A stretch of 19,911 bases of DNA, taken from IMG/VR virus record IMGVR_UViG_3300037466_001520, one strand, 5' to 3'. The stretch's first letter is position 1; each line of letters begins with the position of its first letter. The notes beneath the pieces are model-generated. The model saw nothing but the letters and a program-made list of their open reading frames with translations. It was not told where the DNA came from and searched no databases. This stretch comes from a virus (Duplodnaviria > Heunggongvirae > Uroviricota > Caudoviricetes). A program made the translations under genes and the position numbers. Of this stretch, positions 10,501 to 15,825 are shown piece after piece.

Positions 10501-11963
10501 CAGCGAACCGCGTCACCGACCCCTACATGTCGGGGACCGGGGCAATCGGCGGGGCCACCTACGTCGCGACTAGCAGCCTCACGGTTTCTGCCGGAGCGCC
10601 GTACGCCAGTGCCTCCTACCTAAACGCCCGCGACAACTACGAACATCCTAACGGCGTCACCCTCTGGAAGCCTGTAGCTGGTGGGGAGCAGTACTACGTC
10701 GAGGTGTGGGCTCGCGCCACTTCCAGTGCCACCCAGCCGCTCAACATCGGCATGTGGGTCGGCACTGACCAGAACGATAGCAACTGGCCTGTCGCAGGCG
10801 GAGCCACGGTCGCTCAGGGTCAGGCCGGGTGGGTGCGCATCACAGGATCCGTGACGATCCCGACGACGATCAATGGTAACCCTGTCACCAAGGCGATCCC
10901 GTGGATCCAGATCGCCGGTACCTCCGGAGCGGACATCACCAACTGGTATATCACCGGCTGGAACACGCGCCGCAAGAACGCCGGAGAACTCATCGTCGAC
11001 GGGTCGATCACCGCGAACTCCATCGCAGCCAGCGCGATCACGGGCAACAAGATCTCCGCTGGAGCCATCGACGGCTTCGTTATCAACGGTGCCACAATCA
11101 ACGGTGGCCTCATCTCGACCACGACGCAGGCCGGAAGCGCCGTTGCCCGTATGGGTCCGTCCACCGTTCACGACGCCATCCACGGCACCAACAACTACTA
11201 CCCGGGCGTCGGCTTCGGTCTCGTCGGAGGCTCGAACGTCCTCTCCGGCATGTACTCCGAGGACGGCGACACCCTTACCATCTCGGGCGGTAACGGCGGG
11301 TCAGCCGGTATGGCGTATATCGACATGCGCAGCAACGGGATCACGCAGTCCTCGTACGCAATGATGAGCATTGTTTCGCGCAACAGCATCACCATTAGTG
11401 CATCGAATACGGGTGCGGTCAGCAGCGCCCAGCTAGAGCTGACCGGGCCTCAGGTATACATCGCCAACACCCTTCCATACAACGGCACGGTCGGCGGCAT
11501 CTCCTTCCCGGACAAGTTCTACGGCGTGTCCCACGCGGAGATGAACATTCAGGAGACCGGTGTACCCAACACAACCGTTTGGGGTCCGGGAATGCCTCCC
11601 ATGTCTACCTCAGCAGGCACCGCACAGAACTCTATTGATGCTTCCTCCATCTATCACTGGGTGTCCAACGACCATATGTCTCTCGACAAAACCGGGTTCT
11701 ACTCACTCTACTGGCTAGCCAACTTCGGCTCAGCCGTTACGGGAAGAACCTTCCTGAGCATCGAACCCAACGGGTCGGGAATCGCCTATGGGCGCAACGG
11801 CATCAGCGCTGGCGAGGACACCGGAAGCTTGGCAATTCCCAGCTTCTACTGCCCCGCAGGGACCATCATCGTCTGGCACTTCTACCACACCTCTTCGGGA
11901 TCCCAGACAGTGAACCACTGGCTAAAGGTCCGCTATCTCGGTAAGGGTATCGGTGAATTCTAG
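4527..11963 (+). CDS. Giant tail fibre / receptor-binding protein, 2478 aa (FN3, coiled coil, repeats, ~5 CBM-like domains, C-terminal tip)
   Basis: Single 7.4-kb ORF overlapping the hub gene end by 20 nt. It has an FN3-like segment (DTTPPGQPTAP...VAWD...YVRFVSYDVNQNASTPS, ~4737-5033), KN...P....GDLW.....W repeats, ITAxAIAAxS decapeptide arrays, and beta-sandwich inserts starting RTNL/NMVADGDFE/RVTDP. Confidence 0.88.
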   Translation: MEVRRLDPASGLPDLIKNLDTRLRQVETKPAGSIVIQPTNTLKTTDPATGVQTIFGALPDGTTGLQQFVGDTTPPGQPTAPSLTSALSIVTVAWDGLDTTGAQPPKDYDRTDVQVSLDGTNFTVAGQLRGPDKFQYTGLNGGQVLYVRFVSYDVNQNASTPSAVSSITVVAAADDASIAAQINSVNQAATSAQATADGKNTVYYSNVQPTGGSYKVGDLWFNTADNYKLYTYSGTAWVLAQDSASAQSAAASAQSAANAAQLAANAAQATANAAQSAASSAQLAANNAQATATSAQSLASSANNAATAAQSTATSAQSLASSANNAATAAQVSANSAQSTANYAQSLAASAQSAATAAQSTANSAQSLAASANTAATAAQASANTAQSTANSKNASYYQATAPTGGSYKVGDLWFNTSANYQLSTYNGTTWVLAQDSYTALTTSQAASAYAGTKGKVWFQATAPDGGTSYGWSGTTNGSTSTLYSSSSLLRTNLNPYPNFELGSGTVNVRTNLALDPAATATTQWTNIGSAATYTKSVDNTVFHSGNSSVKASITGSGQLGLKCYISNPGMATNDTINWSVWVYPSKTMSFQPYWEGWVPAYTGAAAGSAVSCPANTWTQLTGSVTLTSAQTSATGTYGFGLYSTTAWASGDYFNVDEIVIERNSPLGTYFDGNTAASGDFTYAWSSGANNSISYQQAPSVTGWSSRWFGGNGGTGVAYQTKGGISGSAFRKLWKTATTASPNDSGINLTTKTPVTGGATYTASISSRCSVAANLVPYIVWYDSNNATISNTSTSNSFAMTANSWTRGYVTATAPANAVTADFIFGPYSGTGAAGTMPAGATLDFDQCLIEQVGVLNPYYDGSFASDRTYDMWVNTSAGNKAYTWDANSHSWLSAQDTAIAAAANSASSAMSVAQGKNVTFISATAPTASAVGDLWLDSSNGYRLNRWSGSAWVNVQDTAIATAQSTANTAQTVANGKNTTFIQSTSPTASATGDLWIDTSNGNRLNRWSGSAWVNVQDSAIASAQSSANSAMTVAQGKNVTFIAASAPTASATGDIWLDSSNGYRMNRWSGSAWVNVQDAAIAAAQSAANTAQTSANGKNTVTYSTSAASGSGTTAGDTWFQTDGSGNVIAMWNWSGSAWVSQAVGNQVIAALDAGKITTGYLAAARIQAGTITATMIATDTITANQIAAGAITASELAAGSVTASAIAANTITASALAANAVTATAIAANTITASQIAADTITAGQIAAGAITASELAAGSVSASALTANAVTATAIAADTITAAQIAAGAITASELAAGSVTASAIAAGSVNANAIAAGSITATALAANSITASAIAAGTITASAMAAGSVTAQQLAGGSVTASALAANAVTATAISSKTITTDKLVVFDSTNMVADGDFEQMAQTTWTYNSYASLDTTGTNSYTGSNALKFTNTGSAYGNCNNNIIIPVEPNAWYYWEYWYKTTAAAVPTYGVRIASAGGASSSMVVDTLPNTAQTTWAKRSGQFQIPSTVYAASARFDVSTGTTSDSIWIDAFKLRRQNGAELIVDGTITATELAAGSVTAAKIAANSVTATALAANSITATALAAQSITATALAAQSITATALAAQSITATALAAQSITSTAVAAKAITTDKLLVADTDDYVVDPYFYDSTLNGSGTTYLSSNSAVPSAGMPTVPSVLSVPAGYDFFVGDWFDIQPGDKFYVEGWATTTGTTNLGIGVWCANTRQYGGNSSAQAKLTATAVGSSASWTKWSGEVTVPSLGSGSGSAAQPPQFGRIWVGPGNAAGWWLTGFHVRRKNAAQLIVDGSLTANMLAAQSITATALAAQSITATALAAQSITATALAAQSITATALAAQSITATALAAGSITASAIAASAVDATKLAANSITATALKANSITASALAANSITATALAAQSITATALAANSITATAIAASAITASAIAAGTITATNGIVASLDAGTITAGTLSANRIGANTITADKLVVGDPANRVTDPYMSGTGAIGGATYVATSSLTVSAGAPYASASYLNARDNYEHPNGVTLWKPVAGGEQYYVEVWARATSSATQPLNIGMWVGTDQNDSNWPVAGGATVAQGQAGWVRITGSVTIPTTINGNPVTKAIPWIQIAGTSGADITNWYITGWNTRRKNAGELIVDGSITANSIAASAITGNKISAGAIDGFVINGATINGGLISTTTQAGSAVARMGPSTVHDAIHGTNNYYPGVGFGLVGGSNVLSGMYSEDGDTLTISGGNGGSAGMAYIDMRSNGITQSSYAMMSIVSRNSITISASNTGAVSSAQLELTGPQVYIANTLPYNGTVGGISFPDKFYGVSHAEMNIQETGVPNTTVWGPGMPPMSTSAGTAQNSIDASSIYHWVSNDHMSLDKTGFYSLYWLANFGSAVTGRTFLSIEPNGSGIAYGRNGISAGEDTGSLAIPSFYCPAGTIIVWHFYHTSSGSQTVNHWLKVRYLGKGIGEF
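5154..5837 (+). repeat. Pair of near-identical direct repeats offset by 582 bp
   Basis: 5154-5195 matches 5736-5777 at 41/42 nt (accggaggcagctacaaggtaggcgacct[c/t]tggttcaacact). 5235-5255 is identical to 5817-5837 (tgggtcctcgcgcaggactcc). Confidence 0.9.
5256..5697 (+). repeat. Ala/Ser/Gln heptad (AQSxAxx) coiled-coil repeat, about 21 heptads with a 21-aa higher-order unit
   Basis: Translation AQSAASAAQSAANAAQLAANAAQATAN...AQSTATSAQSLASSANNAATA repeated. Confidence 0.85.
7269..7958 (+). repeat. Tandem 183-bp (61-aa) repeat, about 3.8 units
   Basis: The Gly codon of GKN falls at 7272, 7455, 7638 and 7821. Unit consensus is GKN.TFI..T.PTASA.GDLW.D.SNG.RLNRWSGSAWVNVQD.AIA.AQS.AN.A.T.A. Confidence 0.9.
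8040..11106 (+). repeat. Four arrays of 10-aa [GNQ][ST]ITA[ST]A[IL]AA repeats (about 50 units) separated by three CBM-like domains
   Basis: Arrays lie at ~8040-8699, 9180-9449, 9954-10493 and 11001-11106. The first three each end in IT[TA]DKL[VL]V, and each insert ends in RR[QK]N...LIVDG. Confidence 0.88.
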
Positions 11964-11997
11964 TCCGAACCCGAGCAGAGGCAAACATACGGTCCGA

Positions 11998-12003
11998 TAT
12001 AAT
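11998..12003 (+). promoter_or_regulatory. Candidate -10 element TATAAT
   Basis: Perfect TATAAT in the AT-rich 74-bp gap after the fibre gene. There is no recognisable -35 at 16-18 bp. Confidence 0.35.
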
Positions 12004-12037
12004 TGAAAGTATGACGTAAAGACGCCTAGGAGAACTA

Positions 12038-12220
12038 ATGGCAGACGTAACAATCAACATCCGTCAGACGAACGGATGCACAATTTCGGTAGCGGGGCAG
12101 GTAGACGACTCCCTGCTCGCCCCTTTCACCACCCAGCTATCCTCACTACTGTCAACCGCAGTAGCCGCCACGGGGATCTCATCGACCTCCGTCAGCTCGT
12201 CCTCACAGAGCGCGAGTTGA
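12038..12220 (+). CDS. Small hypothetical protein, 60 aa, Ser-rich C-terminus
   Basis: Clear SD (AGGAGA) just upstream of the ATG, and it fills the gap between the fibre and the next gene. No recognisable family. Confidence 0.6.
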   Translation: MADVTINIRQTNGCTISVAGQVDDSLLAPFTTQLSSLLSTAVAATGISSTSVSSSSQSAS

Positions 12221-12222
12221 GC

Positions 12223-12699
12223 ATGAGGTACACGATCAAGGACGGCGTCCGCAAGCGCCAATTCGACGGTGAGGAGCTGGCCCACAGCTCTTCGCGAGAG
12301 CCGGGTAGGTCGCGATGGGTGGAGTTCACCCTCTACCGCACGCTCAAGGGCACGTACGTCATCTACCGCATCGGCCAGAGTGCGATCTTCCACGACAAGG
12401 ACTGCTCGACGGTGTCCCGCAATCGCCTGTCCGCAGTCGACGGGACGGAGCTTGGCCGCGAGTTCGTGGGATGCAAGTATTGCCGCCCTGCTCGACTCGA
12501 CATGGAAGGTGTGTATCCTGAGACGGCGCGACACTACGTCGCCACGTCGGAGACGGCCAAGGGCGTGATCAGCTCGCTCACCCGCTTCGATGACAACGGG
12601 ACAGCCTACCTCACCAACGTGGCGCGAGACCTCCTCGCGAGCGCGGCAGAGAAGGACGACGCGATTGCCGACGCCTTCTTCGTGGAGGAGATCGAGTAG
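12223..12699 (+). CDS. Hypothetical protein, 158 aa, with HxxxC...CxxC putative Zn-binding motif
   Basis: ATG 2 nt after the preceding TGA, with typical GC3-rich codons from 12223 onward. Motifs RWVEFTLYRT..G.YV and FHDKDC...GCKYCRP. The 12076 start in the ORF track is less likely. Confidence 0.8.
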   Translation: MRYTIKDGVRKRQFDGEELAHSSSREPGRSRWVEFTLYRTLKGTYVIYRIGQSAIFHDKDCSTVSRNRLSAVDGTELGREFVGCKYCRPARLDMEGVYPETARHYVATSETAKGVISSLTRFDDNGTAYLTNVARDLLASAAEKDDAIADAFFVEEIE

Positions 12700-12725
12700 A
12701 CACTTTGTGTCTTTTCTGGTAGGCT
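12697..12725 (+). promoter_or_regulatory. SigA/sigma70-type promoter TAGACA-N17-TAGGCT with extended TG
   Basis: TAGACA at 12697-12702, 17-bp spacer, TG at 12717-12718, TAGGCT at 12720-12725. It is followed by SD GAAAGGA and the ATG at 12747. Confidence 0.6.
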
Positions 12726-12746
12726 GTACCTCGACGAAAGGACACA

Positions 12747-13454
12747 ATGTACGTCATCATTGACAAGTCCCTCCCTGAGCTGGCCGAGGCCGTCAAGGAG
12801 GAGATCCGCACTCTCTACCCGGACGACTTGATTCTCCCCGATGGACCTTGGCAGGGGACGACCTATCTGCCCGGACACGGGCTCCACTACGTAGAGCTGG
12901 ACGAGGCACCGACAGACCCCAGCTCTGCCAGCCTCGAACGGCGTCTCACCGACCTCAGGATGGCCCTTGCCGGGGTGCGCTTCTGGCACAACGGTTTCGA
13001 GGACAAGCTCTCTCCGATCTACGCGGGCAAGCCTTCCGATGCCAAGGCCATCGTACGCGATGCCATCTTCGCCGAGGGCAAGGCCAAGTACCTCCAGTCC
13101 TTCCCGGGCGTGGAGTACTTCGGTCGCACCTACATCTCGCCTCGCACCGTCTTGCTCGTCGACAGCCCTGAGGCTGTTGAGCTGGTCGTCAAGACCCTGC
13201 CTGCTGGGGACGCGCTCTCTCCGTGGTCGAACACCGCCCTCGTGTTCGCGAAGGATCTGCGCTCGCTGCGCAGGTTCGTCGACGACCACGCGGACAGTGT
13301 CAACTTCCTCGCCTATGACAGGACCAACATCAACCGACTCAAGAAGATTGGCATCGACTTCGGCGTGATCGAAAAGCCCATAGACAGCCCGTACTACGGG
13401 ATCAAAATTCGCTCAACTTCTGCCATGATGCGCGCCGAGGTAACCGCCGACTAA
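12747..13454 (+). CDS. Hypothetical protein, 235 aa (possibly degenerate dNMP-kinase/UDG-like fusion)
   Basis: Good SD, phage-like codon use, and a TAATG stop/start overlap with the polymerase. The CDS is well supported; the fold guess is inference only. Confidence 0.8.
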   Translation: MYVIIDKSLPELAEAVKEEIRTLYPDDLILPDGPWQGTTYLPGHGLHYVELDEAPTDPSSASLERRLTDLRMALAGVRFWHNGFEDKLSPIYAGKPSDAKAIVRDAIFAEGKAKYLQSFPGVEYFGRTYISPRTVLLVDSPEAVELVVKTLPAGDALSPWSNTALVFAKDLRSLRRFVDDHADSVNFLAYDRTNINRLKKIGIDFGVIEKPIDSPYYGIKIRSTSAMMRAEVTAD

Positions 13455-15289
13455 TGCCACTTCCCAACGATGTTCAACTGAATCTTGTCAACTCGGTCGC
13501 AGAGGCCTCTGCTCTCATGTCATGGCTCGGCAACCGGCGCGAGGTTCTCGCCGTCGACACCGAGACCTCCGGGCTCGACCCCTACGCACCGGACGCACGT
13601 CTGCGGCTCGTCCAGCTCGGCGACGAGCACACCGGGTGGGCCATCCCGTGGGATCGCTGGGGCGGGGTCGCGATGGAGGCGCTCGACCGCTACGAGGGCG
13701 AGCTGACCTTCCACAACGTCGCCTTCGACGCCCCGTGGCTCGAACGCCACGCCGGTTGGAAGGTGCCGTGGCACCGCACCCACGACACAATGATCATGGC
13801 CCAGATCGAGAGGCCCGGAGGACGCAACGACCTCAAGCACCTCTCGAAGACCCTGATCGACCCCACGGCTGACGCGGGGCAGAAGGATCTCAAGAAGATC
13901 ATGAAGGAGAACGGCTGGGACTGGGGAACCATCCCGACCGACTTCGAGGAGTACTGGGTCTACTCGGCGCTCGACACCGTGCTCGGTGCCCACATCAAGA
14001 GCCACTTCCGCACGAACGAGAAGCTTCCCGAGGTCTACGACCTTGAGATGGCGGTTCGTCGGATCTGCTCACGCATGGAAGCCAACGGCATGCGAGTTGA
14101 CACTGAGTATTCTAAGTTCAAGTACGCGCAGCTCATGAAGCACGTCGAGGACTCCAAGCAGTGGGCGCAGGACACGTGGGGAATCTCCATCGGGTCCACC
14201 CAGCAGCTCGGCCAGTTCTTCGAACTCGGCCTCGGCGCGACCTTCGACAAATACTCTGAGAAGACCGGGAACCCCTCGGTCGACAAGGACCAGCTCGCCA
14301 AGTTCCGCACCTCGGAGAACCCGCTCGTGCGCGACGTCGCCAACTTCATCCTCGGGGTCCGCTCCGCTGAGAAGATGGGCAACTCGTACTTCAAGAACTT
14401 TATCGAGATGAACGCGGACGGCTTCGTGCACCCGTCGATCAAGACGATGGGCGCTCGCACCGGTCGCATGTCGGTGGTCAACCCTGCGCTCCAGACGATC
14501 CCTCGCGGAGACGCGACGGTGCGCGATGCCTTCGTGCCCCGCTACGCCGGAGAGGTCATGATCTCCTGCGACTACTCGCAGGTCGAGATGCGCCTCCTCG
14601 CGCACTTCTCCCGGGATCCCGCCTTGCAGGGTGCCTTTAGGGACGCCGACGCGACGGGCGGAGACTTCTTCGTCGGTCTGGGTAAGCAGATCTACAACGA
14701 CGAGAACTTCTCGAAGAAGGACCCGCGTCGTGGCCTCGTCAAGGGCACGATGTATGGCTCGGCCTACGGCTCGGGGATCCAGAAGATGGCTGAGACCGCT
14801 GGCGTGACCTACGACCAGATGGCCGAGGTCGCCGAGGGCGTGTTCTCCACCTTCCCGGGCATCAAGGGCTTCATGGCGGAGATCGAACGCCTCGGGTCCA
14901 AGCGCGAGAAGGAAGAGGAGATCGGCTACGTCGTCACTCCGATGGGTCGTCGTCTCCCGTGCGACCCGGGCCGGGTCTACTCGCTGACCAACTACATGCT
15001 CCAAGGCACCGCTGCGGAACTCATGAAGAAGGCCATCGTCCGGCTCGACGCGGCTGGCTACAGCGATCTGATGTGCATGCCCATCCACGACGAGATGGTC
15101 TTCTCCGTCCCGGAGGTGGACGCTCTGGAGGCCATGAACGACATCCAAGAGGTCATGTCCTACTGCGACGGCGAGTTCGCCGTCGACCTGCCCGCCGAGG
15201 CCGAAGGGCCGCTCGACAGGTGGGGCAGCAAGTACCGCAAGAAGGGTGAAGTATTCGGCTATGACGCAGCCAGCCTCGTCGCAGCTTGA
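13454..15289 (+). CDS. polA: DNA polymerase I (family A), 3'-5' exonuclease plus polymerase domains, no 5'-3' exonuclease, 611 aa
   Basis: ExoI VDTETSG, ExoII FHNVAFD, ExoIII YSALD. TGRMS; motif A DYSQVEMRLLAH; motif B RGLVKGTMYGSAYG; motif C IHDE; NYMLQGTAAE. Confidence 0.96.
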   Translation: MPLPNDVQLNLVNSVAEASALMSWLGNRREVLAVDTETSGLDPYAPDARLRLVQLGDEHTGWAIPWDRWGGVAMEALDRYEGELTFHNVAFDAPWLERHAGWKVPWHRTHDTMIMAQIERPGGRNDLKHLSKTLIDPTADAGQKDLKKIMKENGWDWGTIPTDFEEYWVYSALDTVLGAHIKSHFRTNEKLPEVYDLEMAVRRICSRMEANGMRVDTEYSKFKYAQLMKHVEDSKQWAQDTWGISIGSTQQLGQFFELGLGATFDKYSEKTGNPSVDKDQLAKFRTSENPLVRDVANFILGVRSAEKMGNSYFKNFIEMNADGFVHPSIKTMGARTGRMSVVNPALQTIPRGDATVRDAFVPRYAGEVMISCDYSQVEMRLLAHFSRDPALQGAFRDADATGGDFFVGLGKQIYNDENFSKKDPRRGLVKGTMYGSAYGSGIQKMAETAGVTYDQMAEVAEGVFSTFPGIKGFMAEIERLGSKREKEEEIGYVVTPMGRRLPCDPGRVYSLTNYMLQGTAAELMKKAIVRLDAAGYSDLMCMPIHDEMVFSVPEVDALEAMNDIQEVMSYCDGEFAVDLPAEAEGPLDRWGSKYRKKGEVFGYDAASLVAA

Positions 15290-15794
15290 GCTGACACTTG
15301 ACAGTTTGTATGCTTGGGTCGCGCAGCTCCCTCGGGAGCGGCGCTACCTGTTCGCAGTCGACCCCGGTCTCCTGACCGGGGCCGCTCTGCTGGACATCAC
15401 GAGCATCAGCGACAACGGGATCCTCAAGCTCGGATCGTGGGAGCTTACCGTCGATCAGTACTTCGACATGGCCGAGGCCGTCATCAGCGGCCTCGGCCCC
15501 GATGTCGAGGTGGTCATCGAGGACTTCCACATCACCAAGCGCACCTCGGACCTCTCGGAGGCCCCGTGGTCGCTCCAGCTCATCGGCGCGACCATGTTCC
15601 TCGTCAGGAGGTTCAACGCCCTCGACTTCGTCCTCCAAAGCCCCGGGGACAAGCCATTCGCCAGCAACGAGAAGCTCCGCAAGGTCGGCTTCTGGCACGT
15701 GGGCGGGGAGGGGCACGCCAACGACGCCTACCGGCATGCGATGGTGTATATCAACAACCGCTACCCGCGTTGGTCCAAGTACCTCCTTGTATGA
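15261..15794 (+). CDS. RuvC-like Holliday junction resolvase
   Basis: RNase H-fold acidic motifs FAVDPG..TG, VVIED and HANDA. The start is uncertain (ATG 15261 or GTG 15246); both overlap the polymerase 3' end. Confidence 0.8.
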   Translation: MTQPASSQLELTLDSLYAWVAQLPRERRYLFAVDPGLLTGAALLDITSISDNGILKLGSWELTVDQYFDMAEAVISGLGPDVEVVIEDFHITKRTSDLSEAPWSLQLIGATMFLVRRFNALDFVLQSPGDKPFASNEKLRKVGFWHVGGEGHANDAYRHAMVYINNRYPRWSKYLLV

Positions 15795-15800
15795 TAGCCT
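15792..15800 (+). promoter_or_regulatory. Candidate extended -10 promoter TGA-TAGCCT
   Basis: TGn-TAnnnT located 25 nt before the helicase ATG, with SD AGAAGG. No clear -35. Confidence 0.4.
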
Positions 15801-15825
15801 GCTGGAGTAGCACTAGAAGGAAGCA

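Noticed and set aside
11107-12220. Diversity-generating retroelement acting on the fibre tip
   Set aside because: No reverse transcriptase is present, and I saw no second copy of the 3' region differing at adenines within the window.
12076-12222. 207-aa version of the Zn-finger gene starting at 12076
   Set aside because: There is no SD, and it overlaps the 60-aa ORF, which has a strong SD. The region is kept only as the possible frameshift frame.
12698-12715. Intrinsic terminator agacac-ttt-gtgtct-ttt
   Set aside because: The 6-bp AT-rich stem with a 3-nt loop and short U-tract is too weak. The same bases are better explained as a promoter, although an operator role cannot be excluded.
15298-15303. 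TTGACA inside the resolvase gene
   Set aside because: No TAnnnT at 16-18 bp downstream.
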